Below, in pieces: positions 20,925 through 30,846 of a DNA stretch of 64,000 nt. Within the stretch, counting starts at the first letter, position 1. Each line of letters starts with the position of its first letter. A program made the translations under genes and the position numbers. The notes under the pieces were generated by a model. That model did no database searches. It saw only the letters and a list, made by a program, of their open reading frames with translations, and was not told where the DNA came from. The DNA lies in the NCBI GenBank assembly GCA_002328165.1, contig DCWS01000029.1, positions 46,387 through 110,386 of the forward strand. The letters run 5' to 3'. Source of the DNA: Desulfobacteraceae bacterium UBA2156. GTDB taxonomy: Bacteria > Desulfobacterota > Desulfobacteria > Desulfobacterales > UBA2156.

Positions 20925-21091
20925 TTTTTAGGAACCTTTTCGCGACTCTGGTATTGAAAGATTGTGGCTTTTTAATTTGGGAAAATCAGTCATATCCCCA
21001 TATCGAATCAACAAGCTTTAGGATCTACACTGAATATAAATTCTGCAGCAATAAAAATCAAGGTTGATCTGTATGATATCGCCGCTGCGGC

Positions 21092-23617
21092 TCATTTGCC
21101 ACAGCATTTCTTGTACTTCTTTCCGCTACCACAGGGGCAAGGTGCGTTTCTACCGACCTTCTTTTGGGTTCGTTTGACAGGACCTTTCTTTGTTTCGGCT
21201 TCATCTCCACCGGAAAAAATGAGTTGTTGTTCCTTTGGCTGCCGTAAGTCGGTGATCTTTTCAGGTTCGGCAATCTGGATTCTGAATAAGATTTCCAGGG
21301 CCTCTTCCTTAACACTTGAAATCATTTCATTGAACATCTCAAACCCTTCCTTTTTATAAATGAGGAGCGGGTCCTGCTGTGCATATCCCCTTAAACCGAT
21401 CCCTTCTTTTAAATGATCCATGTTCAGCAGATGATCTTTCCACAGGTTATCGACGGTCTGCAGCATAACAATTCGTTCCAATTCTCTGCACTCCTCATCA
21501 CCGATGACCGATTCTCTTTCGCGATATATCTTCAGAACATTATCAGAAATAAGCCGGCTCAGTCCGCTCTTTGTCAATCCGTCCACCGCAGTTTTATCGA
21601 TCTTCAGCCGAAAATTAAACTGTTTGAACACCGCCTTGTCCAGCCCTGTAAAATCCCATTCTTCGGGGAGCACTTTTTCATCAGTAAATAGATCCGCAAA
21701 GTCTTCGGCCTTTTCATCGATCATCTCTTCTATGGCGCCTTTCAAACTTTTGCCGCTTAACGCTTCGCGCCGCTGTTTGTAAATGACTTCTCGCTGCTGA
21801 TTCATTACATCATCGTACTCAAGGAGCTGTTTTCTGATACCAAAATTGTGCCCCTCCACCTTCCTTTGGGCATTTTCGATGGCCTTGCTGATCAGATTAT
21901 GTTCTATCGGTTCTCCGTCCTCCATTCCCAGTTTTTCCATGATGCCTGTAATTCGTTCTCCACCAAAAATCCGAAGGAGGTCGTCCTCCAGGGCCAGAAA
22001 AAACCGCGAAGATCCCTGATCCCCCTGCCGACCGGAACGGCCCCTCAGCTGATTATCGATGCGGCGGCTTTCATGCCGCTCGGTACCGAGGATATGAAGT
22101 CCTCCCAGTTCAACCACACCGTCACCAAGGACAATATCGGTGCCACGGCCCGCCATATTTGTTGAAATCGTCACCGCCCCTTTCTGACCAGCCATGGCAA
22201 TGATCTCCGCCTCCCCTTTATGGTTCTTTGCATTCAGCACCGTATGTTTGATTCCCCTTTTGCCCAGTTTTTTGCTCAGGCTTTCTGAAACATCGATGGA
22301 AATGGTACCGACCAGGACAGGCTGACCTTTCTCATGAAGTGCCCCGATCTCATCCAGAGCCGCCTCATATTTCTCTTTTTTGGATTTATAGATGACATCC
22401 GGGTAATCTATTCTGATCATCGGCTTGTTTGTCGGAATAACCATCACGTCCAGATCGTATATCTTTTTAAATTCAGCGGCTTCTGTATCGGCTGTCCCCG
22501 TCATACCCGCAAGTTTATCATATATTCTGAAATAATTTTGAAAAGTAATCGTAGCGAGGGTCTGGTTTTCGTTTTCTATTTTGACATTTTCTTTCGCCTC
22601 AAGCGCCTGGTGCAGACCCTCGCTGTATCGACGGCCCGGCATCAAACGGCCGGTAAATTCATCGACAATAACGACTCCGCCGTCCTTTATAATATAATCA
22701 ACATCCCGCTTGAAAAGGGCATGTGCTTTCAGCGCCTGATTGATGTGGTGGAGAAGTTCGATATATTTCGGATCAAACAGGTTATCCACCTTTAGAATAT
22801 TTTCAGCATTTGCCACCCCTCCCTCTGTCAGAACAGCGGTACGCGCTTTCTCGTCTACGGTGAAATCCTCATCCTGTTTAAGGCGCGGGATAATGCCGTT
22901 CACATGGTAGTAGAGGTGGGTCGATTTTTCAGCCGGTCCGGATATAATCAACGGGGTCCGTGCTTCGTCGACCAATATACTGTCTACCTCGTCAACGATG
23001 GCAAAATTTAGGTCGCCCTGCACAATCGACTCCCCCTCAAATTTCATGTTATCTCTCAAATAATCAAAGCCGAACTCGTTATTTGTACCGTAGGTGATGT
23101 CTGAACCATACTCTTTTTTCCGTTGATCATCATCAAGACCGTGGAGAATGGTCCCAACCGATAGACCCAGAAATTGATAAATATTTCCCATCCATTCGGT
23201 GTCGCGTTTTGCCAGATAATCGTTCACCGTAATGATGTGAACACCCTTACCGAAAATGGCATTGAGATAGGCGGGAAGCGTGGCAGCCAGGGTTTTTCCT
23301 TCACCGGTTTTCATCTCAGCGATCTTGCCCTGATGAAGCACAAACCCCCCGATCAGTTGGGCATCAAAATGTCGCATCTCGAGTGTCCGAACGGAGGCTT
23401 CTCTAACAGTGGCAAACGCCTCGGGAAGGATATCATCAAGCGACTCGCCCTGTTCCACACGATTTTTGAATAGCGATGTTTGGGCTTTAAGCTGATTATC
23501 GCTCTTAACCTGCATTTCAGGTTCCAAAGAATTGATTTTTGCAATCACAGGAGCGAGTTTTCTCAGCTCTCGTTCATTTTTGCTCCCAAAAATTTTTGCT
23601 AAAAAATCAAAAACCAT
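21092..23617 (-). CDS. secA: Preprotein translocase ATPase SecA
   Basis: The 841-aa product has MKTGEGKTL, a [19 protein letters not shown] (DEAD-like) box and the C-terminal zinc motif [14 protein letters not shown]. Confidence 0.97.
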   Translation of the reverse strand: MVFDFLAKIFGSKNERELRKLAPVIAKINSLEPEMQVKSDNQLKAQTSLFKNRVEQGESLDDILPEAFATVREASVRTLEMRHFDAQLIGGFVLHQGKIAEMKTGEGKTLAATLPAYLNAIFGKGVHIITVNDYLAKRDTEWMGNIYQFLGLSVGTILHGLDDDQRKKEYGSDITYGTNNEFGFDYLRDNMKFEGESIVQGDLNFAIVDEVDSILVDEARTPLIISGPAEKSTHLYYHVNGIIPRLKQDEDFTVDEKARTAVLTEGGVANAENILKVDNLFDPKYIELLHHINQALKAHALFKRDVDYIIKDGGVVIVDEFTGRLMPGRRYSEGLHQALEAKENVKIENENQTLATITFQNYFRIYDKLAGMTGTADTEAAEFKKIYDLDVMVIPTNKPMIRIDYPDVIYKSKKEKYEAALDEIGALHEKGQPVLVGTISIDVSESLSKKLGKRGIKHTVLNAKNHKGEAEIIAMAGQKGAVTISTNMAGRGTDIVLGDGVVELGGLHILGTERHESRRIDNQLRGRSGRQGDQGSSRFFLALEDDLLRIFGGERITGIMEKLGMEDGEPIEHNLISKAIENAQRKVEGHNFGIRKQLLEYDDVMNQQREVIYKQRREALSGKSLKGAIEEMIDEKAEDFADLFTDEKVLPEEWDFTGLDKAVFKQFNFRLKIDKTAVDGLTKSGLSRLISDNVLKIYRERESVIGDEECRELERIVMLQTVDNLWKDHLLNMDHLKEGIGLRGYAQQDPLLIYKKEGFEMFNEMISSVKEEALEILFRIQIAEPEKITDLRQPKEQQLIFSGGDEAETKKGPVKRTQKKVGRNAPCPCGSGKKYKKCCGK

Positions 23618-24155
23618 ACGGGATATAATCCTTCTTCCCCCTCTGGGTTGAAGATCCTTAAAACAGACGGCGGGAGATCTTTTCCAACAAAGCAGGGTAT
23701 CTTTTTTCGTCTACTTGTCACAATCGAAATTCAAACAGAAAAAAGGAAATATTGGCGCTCATTTAGCCGTATTTTTTTACATTAAACAGTAATCGGAATC
23801 ATACATCATTATTATAATCTTCGTGAAATATTCAAGAGGATTCTCTATTAATATTTTGCCCGATGGAAAAAACCAAAGATTTTGGAATGCTCATTTGAAA
23901 GGCAATAAGAGGCACAATCGCAATCAGTTTGTTGTAAACCATTGATAAAAAAGGAAATAGTTCTCTCCGATACCGGTCTGATGGAGGTGTTCGAAAAAAT
24001 TGAATTCGGAGTCAGAAATTCTGACTGTATCGGATTGACGAAAAAGATAGCTTTGAGCAGCGATCAGGTCATCGACAATCCATATTCAGGTCTCGATTTA
24101 AGAAGGGGGGGGAGGGACCCGGAACAGCTCTCCCCCGGTTTTCCGCCTCTCTTTT

Positions 24156-25070
24156 TTATTCATAGGCGATTCCGAGTTTAAATTTGAGAGATTTTAGGGT
24201 ATTTTTCATCAGCATCGTAATGGTCATGGGACCCACCCCACCGGGAACAGGGGTAATGCAACCGGCGATCTCTTTTGCCGCCTCAAAATCGACGTCCCCT
24301 TTTAAAATCGCTATCTTTTTTCCCGTCTTCTCACTGATCTTTTCTCCAACTCGATTGACACCGACATCAATAACGCAGGCACCCGGCTTGATCCATTCGG
24401 GTTTGACGAGCCCGGGGACACCGGCAGCAACGATTAGGATGTCTGCGCGCTTGCAGTGTTGATCCATGTTCTTCGTCCTAGTGTGAACGACGGTAACGGT
24501 TGAATTGGCACCATCTCCCTTTTGAAGCATCATGTTGGCGATCGGCTTTCCCACAATATTGGAACGCCCGACAACTACGACCTCGGCGCCGCTGGTATCG
24601 ACCCCGGAACGGACAATGAGTTCCTGTATCCCCGCGGGTGTACAGGGAGGAAACCTGACCTCATCCCCACCGATCATCAGACGCCCGACATTGATCGGAT
24701 GAAATCCATCCACATCCTTATCAGGGTCGATGGCATTTAAAACTTTTTTTTCATTCATGTGCTTTGGAAGCGGAAGCTGTACGAGGATCCCGTTGATGGA
24801 ATCGTCGTTATTATACTGCTCAATGAGGTTCAAAAGGTCACTCTCGGTCATATCGGCCGGCTGACTGTCCTGAATTTCTTTAAAACCCACCCGATGAGCT
24901 GTTTTTATTTTCAGCGTGACATATGACAAGGAGGCGGGATTTTCACCCACCAAAATGGTGACAAGACCGGGAACAACCCCATGCCGCTCCTTAATTTGAG
25001 CCACCTCCGACGTAATCTCCTCCAGAATCTCCTCACGAACCTCGATTCCTTTGATCAACTTTGCTGACAT
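24156..25070 (-). CDS. folD: Bifunctional 5,10-methylene-THF dehydrogenase / methenyl-THF cyclohydrolase
   Basis: The track ORF extends to a GTG at 25088. The ATG at 25070 (MSAKLIKG) has GAGAGG 4 nt upstream. Motifs include VVVVGRSNIVGKP and PGGVGPMT. Confidence 0.93.
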   Translation of the reverse strand: MSAKLIKGIEVREEILEEITSEVAQIKERHGVVPGLVTILVGENPASLSYVTLKIKTAHRVGFKEIQDSQPADMTESDLLNLIEQYNNDDSINGILVQLPLPKHMNEKKVLNAIDPDKDVDGFHPINVGRLMIGGDEVRFPPCTPAGIQELIVRSGVDTSGAEVVVVGRSNIVGKPIANMMLQKGDGANSTVTVVHTRTKNMDQHCKRADILIVAAGVPGLVKPEWIKPGACVIDVGVNRVGEKISEKTGKKIAILKGDVDFEAAKEIAGCITPVPGGVGPMTITMLMKNTLKSLKFKLGIAYE

Positions 25071-25262
25071 GTCACCTCTCTTTTCCACAAATGGTTTTTA
25101 GATGGTATAATTTGAAATCGTTTTAACAAATAAAAAAAATTTAGCCTTTTTATTCCAAACACCTTCTCGAAGTCAAGCAGAAAGGCGGAACCTCGCCTCA
25201 AACAACGCAAAAAAATGCGCAGTTTTAAAAAAAACAAAAGTTTCCCATAAGCAGCGACCTCA

Positions 25263-26300
25263 TTACAATGGAAATGGAATATGGCTTAGCCCGGTAGTTT
25301 CATCCAAACCGAGCATGATATTCATATTTTGAACCGCCTGCCCTGCGGCTCCCTTTATCAGGTTATCGATTGCAGACATCAGAATGAGACGATGATGCCG
25401 TTCATCTATATGGAATCCGATGTCACAAAAATTGGTTCCCCTGACATGTAAAGTATCCGGTGGACGATGGTCTGGTCTGATACGAACAAAGGGGGAGCCC
25501 GCGTAAAATGAAGAAAGACACTCCTTAACATCCTCATGACTTGCGTCCTTATGAAGATTTGTATAAATCGTCGTCTCCATCCCCCGGGTCATCGGAACAA
25601 TATGGGGTACAAATGTTATTCGCACTTGTTTTCCGGCTTCCGAACTGAGAATTTCCTCCATTTCCGGATTATGGCGGTGTTGAGCAACGTTGTAAGCTTT
25701 GAAAGACTCATTGCCTTCGCAAAAGTGTGTCTTGAGAGAAAGAGAGCGGCCGGCGCCGCTGACCGCTGATTTTGAATCAGCAATGATGGAATGAAGATCC
25801 AAAATACCGCTCCGCAACAAAGGGATAAGCGGCAAAAGCACGCTGGTGGGGTAACAGCCCGGATTTCCGATCAAGCGGCTGTTTTTTATCTGATCAGGGT
25901 AAATTTCACAAAGCCCGTACACTGCTTCGTCAAGAAAATCCTTAGCGGTATGGGGCTGGTAGTAAGCCTCATAGGTTGAACCATCTTTGAATCTAAAATC
26001 AGCGGAAAGGTCTATCACCCGTTTTCCCCTCTCAAGCAGTTCAGGGACATATGCCATGGGGAGCTTGTGAGGAAGCGCAAGAAATACGACATCGGCAATG
26101 TCACAGACGCCATCTATGGTAAATTCGCGGCATTTTAGGTTCACCACACCGGCCATGGATGGAAAGACCTTGTCGAACGCATCTCCAGCGTATTGACGGG
26201 AGGTTACGATGGCCAGCTTGACACCCGGATGCCCTGTGAGAATTCGTACGAGCTCCGCACCCGCATATCCGGTCGCACCCACAACGCCTGCTCTTATCAT
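25263..26300 (-). CDS. argC: N-acetyl-gamma-glutamyl-phosphate reductase
   Basis: The 345-aa product has GATGYAGAELVRIL and the active-site segment GNPGCYPTS. Confidence 0.95.
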   Translation of the reverse strand: MIRAGVVGATGYAGAELVRILTGHPGVKLAIVTSRQYAGDAFDKVFPSMAGVVNLKCREFTIDGVCDIADVVFLALPHKLPMAYVPELLERGKRVIDLSADFRFKDGSTYEAYYQPHTAKDFLDEAVYGLCEIYPDQIKNSRLIGNPGCYPTSVLLPLIPLLRSGILDLHSIIADSKSAVSGAGRSLSLKTHFCEGNESFKAYNVAQHRHNPEMEEILSSEAGKQVRITFVPHIVPMTRGMETTIYTNLHKDASHEDVKECLSSFYAGSPFVRIRPDHRPPDTLHVRGTNFCDIGFHIDERHHRLILMSAIDNLIKGAAGQAVQNMNIMLGLDETTGLSHIPFPL

Positions 26301-26407
26301 GATACCTCCATTTTACTTCTTGTTACAGATATTTCGAACAGTGGTGATCGTCGTTGGTTTTTGCAATAGAAAATCGAATAATACGGCGATTTTCAATTAT
26401 CAATATT

Positions 26408-26614
26408 TTATTTTTTCAGATCACCCACCAGATCCTTGATGATGGAAAGAACGTTTTTTCCCCTTTTCCGCGCAATCTGATGTGCATCATCCACCAGTTT
26501 ATCCGCCCGGCGTTTCAATTCAGACGCAACCGGTAGGGGAAAATTCATTCGCTTGTATTGCCACTCCAGCAAACGGAGCGCCATCTGCTCTTCCTGACGT
26601 CTGATAAACCCCAT
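26408..26614 (-). CDS. Small hypothetical protein (68 aa)
   Basis: An ORF with GGGAGAG about 8 nt upstream of the ATG, on the same strand as and upstream of argC. I recognise no family. Confidence 0.4.
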   Translation of the reverse strand: MGFIRRQEEQMALRLLEWQYKRMNFPLPVASELKRRADKLVDDAHQIARKRGKNVLSIIKDLVGDLKK

Positions 26615-27015
26615 GGTATCACTCTCCCGAACCCGTCTTCAAGATCGGTTTTCAGCCGATCACTACAGGTGTTTATTATTTCAATTGCCTCAAAAGCAAT
26701 CATACTCAACACCCTCTAAACTGGTTATTACTTAATTTTAAGATATTACATTTCCTATTAAAAAGGTCAACATTGGACTGCAACAACTACATATTCAAGT
26801 TTCGCACCGCCAATCCACTGGAGCATCCGGTCGGATTTCGTCTGAACATGATTTTTCGTTCAGGCACTGCCGGCAAGATATGGACATTGTATTCAAAATG
26901 AGTTAGTTAGAGCTTCTCCATTAACCAGCTGACATTGAAAAAACAATACCGGAAAATTTCCAAATTGAATTGAAGGTATCAGGCTGTGGTCTCTATGAAA
27001 TTAGGATAGGAGAAA

Positions 27016-27545
27016 ATAACGATCCATCCGTTGGTCACCCAGTTGCGTTTTGCCCGTACCGAGTTCATGCGTTGTCTCGAAGGTGTTTTTGCAGAGGATG
27101 CTCGCCGGCGTCTTCTACCAATGAACTGCATCAGCTGGATTGTGGGACATCTGGCATACCAGGAGCACCTGTACTGGGTGGTTCGGGCCCAGGGCCGCGA
27201 TCTAGCGCCCGACCTGGAACATCAGGTGGGTTGGGACCAACACCCGCGAGTACGCCGCCTTTGGATGGGATGTGGGACACCTATCACACCGTTACCGATG
27301 CTGCTGACACGTATTTGGACTCGTTCGTTCGGTCGTTAACGTGGACGACCGGACGTTTGCAGACACACCAAAAATGGGAAGGTGAGCATTTAGACGAGAG
27401 TATCGGTACCAAGTTGTTGAGAAATATCTACCACTATTGGTTTCATACAGGCGAGGCACACGCAATCAGACAGTTGTTGGGGCATACTGATTTGCCGGAG
27501 TTTGTGGGTGATATCTCCAGGGCAGTCTACCACCCAGAAGCTTAA
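27016..27545 (+). pseudogene. DinB-family (DinB_2-like) protein gene, frameshifted; GC-rich
   Basis: The N-terminal half sits in the frame of ORF 27031 (..LVTQLRFARTEFMRCLEGV..MNCISWIVGHLAYQEHLYW..). The C-terminal half sits in the frame of ORF 26970 (..PASTPPLDGMWDTYHTVTDAADTYLDS..LLRNIYHYWFHTGEAHAIRQLLGHTDLPEFVGD). The frames switch near 27228-27233, consistent with a 1-nt loss in ggt(t)tggga. The only starts are TTG at 27031 or ATA at 27016. Local GC is about 58% against about 42% in the flanks. Confidence 0.7.
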
Positions 27546-27738
27546 TGTGTGTGCTTTCAATTGGGCAAGCAAATAGCCGGCACCCCGCTTTTATTTTCTT
27601 TCCTCTTATTTTATCTGAAAAACAATTTTATGGTAGGTGTTACCGGCAATTTCATTGAATTCATTCGATTTGATTTCTATCGGAATCCCAATGGTTTCCT
27701 CCTGAAATCTATAGGGTGGAGGGTTTATTTGCATTTTA

Positions 27739-28014
27739 TTAAGAATCCACCCGTTCTTTCAATTCCTTACTACATTTGAAAAACGGTAATTTCTTAGGTT
27801 TGATTTTGACCTTTTCACCCGTTTTTGGGTTCCTACCGGTGTAAGCCTTATATTTTTTTACATAAAAGGAACATAAGCTGCGAATTTCAGCTCTGTCACC
27901 TTTTGCAAGGGAGTTCGCCATTTCATCGAAAAATATGTCAACAACCGCGGTTGCTTCTTTCATGGAAAGTCCGTTTTCATCTTTAAGAGTTTTTATAAGT
28001 TCCAGTTTATTCAT
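27739..28014 (-). CDS. HU/IHF-family DNA-binding protein (IHF-beta-like)
   Basis: The product MNKLELIKTLKDENGLSMKEATAVVDIFFDEMANSLAKGDRAEIRSLCSFYVKKYKAYTGRNPKTGEKVKIKPKKLPFFK is typical of the family. The ATG at 28014 has a GGGGG RBS, and the track's longer N-terminus is unlikely. Confidence 0.88.
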   Translation of the reverse strand: MNKLELIKTLKDENGLSMKEATAVVDIFFDEMANSLAKGDRAEIRSLCSFYVKKYKAYTGRNPKTGEKVKIKPKKLPFFKCSKELKERVDS

Positions 28015-28271
28015 AAAGCCCCCTTGGAATGTCACATAAGCCGGTATCTTAAAGAGTTGTTTGAAAAATGTCAATTAATTCTATAGAAATGTATGCCTCA
28101 AAAAAAAAAACCTGGAGATTCAAGGGATGAGTCCGTCCAAAATGGCCTAAAATGGGGTAATTCCCATCAATCTGTGGGTGATCACATCTACTCACCTCTT
28201 TTTGCAACCATTCACAACCTTTTCTGCCATACCGTGCTCCTAAATCTCCATATATCGTGGCCCATTATTTC

Positions 28272-28300
28272 TTGACATACAAGGCTAATTCCGCTATATT
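28272..28300 (+). promoter_or_regulatory. Sigma70-type promoter upstream of the rubrerythrin-type remnant
   Basis: TTGACA (28272-28277), a 17-nt spacer, then TATATT (28295-28300). AGGAGGG at 28364-28370 precedes the ATG at 28376. Confidence 0.5.
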
Positions 28301-28375
28301 TCTTCCTCGAAAAAACAATGTCTTATCTCTTTAATCACTGGTAACTTGTTAATAACCTGAAAACAGGAGGGAAAA

Positions 28376-28621
28376 ATGAAAAAATTTGTTTGTTCAATAT
28401 GCGGATTTGTTCACGAAGGCGAATATCCACCGGGAAGGTGCCCCGGTTGCGGTGCAGGCGGGTTTAAATTTAAGGAACAGCAAACCGGTGAATAATCCTG
28501 GGCCGACGAGCACGTAACCAGTGTGGAAAAAGATGTTGACCCTGAAATCATTGAAGGTCTAAAGATGAATTTTATCGGTGAATTCACGGAGGTACGAATA
28601 TATCTAGCCATCTGTGGTTGA
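28376..28621 (+). pseudogene. Reverse-rubrerythrin-type gene remnant (rubredoxin-like N-domain plus the first ~40 aa of the ferritin-like domain)
   Basis: The frame reads MKKFVCSICGFVHEGEYPPGRCPGCGAGGFKFKEQQTGE-TAA(28493-28495)-SWADEHVTSVEKDVDPEIIEGLKMNFIGEFTEVRIYLAICG-TGA(28619-28621), all in one frame. Similarity to the diiron four-helix domain stops after ..TEV.IYLA, so the rest of the gene is absent. Confidence 0.6.
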
Positions 28622-28731
28622 AATCAAACGGACTGTGGATAAAACACTAATCAAATATCGCGGGAATTTTCAGAACTGATATATGCCGAATCGTATGGAG
28701 ATATGTAAACTGAACGACCCTGCTCAGAGGG

Positions 28732-28995
28732 CTAATCATGCACTCGGCCCGGAAACTTGCTCCAACTCCGAAAAGATAGCCCTGGACTTGACGATCGGGC
28801 ACCGCCCGCCACCTTATCCAACTCTTTATCACTCAACTCTACCGATCCATTTAAATCCTCAGCGGTGAATTCATAGCCCTGCTCTGCTCCTAAGGCAATC
28901 AGAGACTCGCTATCAATTTCGTCGCTAATCCTTGCCTTAAGTTCATCACTCTCTGCTGCATGTTTCATAAATTGTTCAAAATCCTCTTTGCTCAT
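28732..28995 (-). CDS. Nif11-type leader peptide RiPP/bacteriocin precursor (87 aa) with GG cleavage motif
   Basis: The sequence is MSKEDFEQFMKHAAESDELKARISDEIDSESLIALGAEQGYEFTAEDLNGSVELSDKELDKVAGG | ARSSSPGLSFRSWSKFPGRVHD. Its architecture parallels prochlorosin-type Nif11 leaders (MSEEQLKAF...AGFxIxxEDL...LSDxELExVAGG). The ATG at 28995 has AGGAA about 8 nt upstream. The track's 131-aa version starts further upstream. Confidence 0.72.
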   Translation of the reverse strand: MSKEDFEQFMKHAAESDELKARISDEIDSESLIALGAEQGYEFTAEDLNGSVELSDKELDKVAGGARSSSPGLSFRSWSKFPGRVHD

Positions 28996-29659
28996 GATGG
29001 ATTTCCTGTTGGTTGAAGCGGTTCCAGATTTGAAATTCCCCAAGTTTCGGGCCATTCCAGACCTTTTGTCTGATCTGGAATTTTGGATGGTTAAATTGGA
29101 GATAGCTAAATTATGGTTCAATGTCAATATGGATAAACAAGATTTTATGGTTTGTTTCTTGATGATGTTTTTGCGGTATCTTGAAGGTTTTTATCAGAAA
29201 ACCTTATATCACGGAACCTTTGTCAGTTGATTCTAACGCATCTATTTCATATGGCTTGCAAGCCGATTTGTTAATTCAACGGCATTGATGATAATGTGCC
29301 AATAATCATATTTCCACTTCAATGAGCGATTAATAACAAAATAAAACCCCTGTCTTGTCCAGGTAAAAAGGGTTTTATGCAATATCTCTATGTATCCCTC
29401 CTATTAAAGTCGAAACCAATTTTAAAAATATAGCGAAAAATTACCTATATTCATTCAGTTAGTAAAGAATTTTTATGAGAAAATTCAAGCAGTTATCCTA
29501 AAAAGACAAAATACTATAACAATGAATTGAAGCGTTATCTCCGACAATTCTTTTCATTGTCCGCGTTCGTTGACATTAAATATAGATTTTTCAATAACTT
29601 TATATAATATCTTTAAAATTTCAGGTTTTCAATTATTAAAACGATTAAGAGAAATAGGA

Positions 29660-30846
29660 ATGGAAATGAATTTAAAAAACGGTTATCGGTGGAATATTCT
29701 TGGGCTCGCTACTTTTTGCTTATTGACATTTGGTGTTATTTTTCAAGGTATTCCCCCGCTTATACGAATTTTGGTTAATGTCTTAAATATCTCCTACGCA
29801 AAGGCCGGTGCACTGATGGGCATATTTACACTCCCATCGATTTTTTTGTCGCTTCCCAGTGGTATGCTGGCGGACCGTTATGGACCCAAAAAAGCGGGTG
29901 TTGCTTCACTATGGCTCTCGGATCGGTAATAGTTGCTTTGGCCGGCAGCTATTGGGTTATGGCAACTGGGAGACTGGTGGCGGGGATCGGAGCAACCGTC
30001 TTGGTCGTTGTGACACCAAAAATTGTCACCTCATGGTTCTATGATCGAGAGATAGGCCTATCGATGGGAATATTTAACACTGCAATGCCGCTGGGTACGA
30101 TTTTATCCCTTAATTTTATGGGAATCATTGCATACCGATTCAGCTGGCAGGCATCAATATGGGTTGACTTTGCCATCAGTATAGCCGCGTTAAGTCTTTT
30201 CCTCTTGTTATACCGAAGCCGAAACGCTGATGAAGGGTTACGAGCAGACCCACAGAATTTGCCAACGGTGATAAAACAGGCCGGCGGGAAAGTCTGGCTG
30301 GTCGGGCTGTCATGGGGTTTATTCAACGCCGGCATTATCTCGTTTTTTACCTATGCACCGGATTACTTTGTTGCCCAAGGAGAAAACATTGCCAAAGCGG
30401 GGCTTCTGGCAAGTTATCCGATGTGGGGTTCTATCTTCCTATCACCGCTAGTGGGTATGTCAATTGACAAAATTGGGAGCAAATGGCTGTTTGTCTCGGT
30501 TGGGTGCTGTGGTGTAGCCATATTATTATATTTGCTCCCGCAATTAACTCATCATGCCACAATCCTTTCCATTTCTATTGGAATCTTCATAGCTCTCCTG
30601 ACTCCAGCGATATTTTCATTACCGGCAGAGCTTCTGCCAGAACCGATGATGGGCTTCGCATTTGGTATCTTTGGCACTACCCTCGGCATTGGGATATCAG
30701 TTGGCCCCTATATCGTTGGCAGTTTACGGGATGCGACTGGCGACTACTTGCGGAGTTTCGCCGCAATGGCCATTTTCTCTGGATTAGGTATAATACCTAT
30801 GTTGATACTCAGAATGAAGAAAAATTTGATCCATTTTGAACTATAG
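29660..30846 (+). pseudogene. MFS transporter gene split by a -1 frameshift
   Basis: ORF 29570..29929 (..LPSGMLADRYGPKKAGVASL-WLSDR*) and ORF 29911..30846 (MALGSVIVALAGSYWVMATGRLVAGIGA..) form one 12-TM MFS protein if a single base is restored near 29909-29912. Confidence 0.7.

Noticed and set aside
26970-27545. The 191-aa track ORF read as a real protein
   Set aside because: Only its C-terminal ~95 residues resemble DinB-family proteins. Its N-terminal half is the wrong frame of the same gene, Pro/Gly/Ser/Arg-rich as expected from out-of-frame translation of GC-rich DNA. I interpret it as part of a frameshifted pseudogene.
28988-29230. The 80-aa plus-strand ORF upstream of the Nif11 precursor
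   Set aside because: It overlaps the precursor's 5' end and promoter region on the opposite strand. It has no RBS and unremarkable, AT-driven composition, so it is likely spurious.
29341-29378. Bidirectional terminator-like hairpin AAAACCCCTG-tcttgtc-CAGG..GGGTTTT in the AT-rich gap before the MFS gene
   Set aside because: The pairing is imperfect. No supported gene ends nearby on either strand, so I cannot assign it a function. A nearby 12-bp palindrome, GGCTTGCAAGCC at about 29254-29265, is equally unassignable.
29885-29895. Programmed -1 ribosomal frameshift at CCCAAAAAAG in the split MFS gene
   Set aside because: The zero-frame codons are CCC AAA AAA GCG, so the A AAA AAG heptamer is out of phase for dnaX-type slippage. 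The zero-frame peptide AGVASL between the A-run and the junction also looks more MFS-like than the -1 peptide SGCCFT. That places the lesion about 15 nt downstream, consistent with a simple 1-nt deletion.
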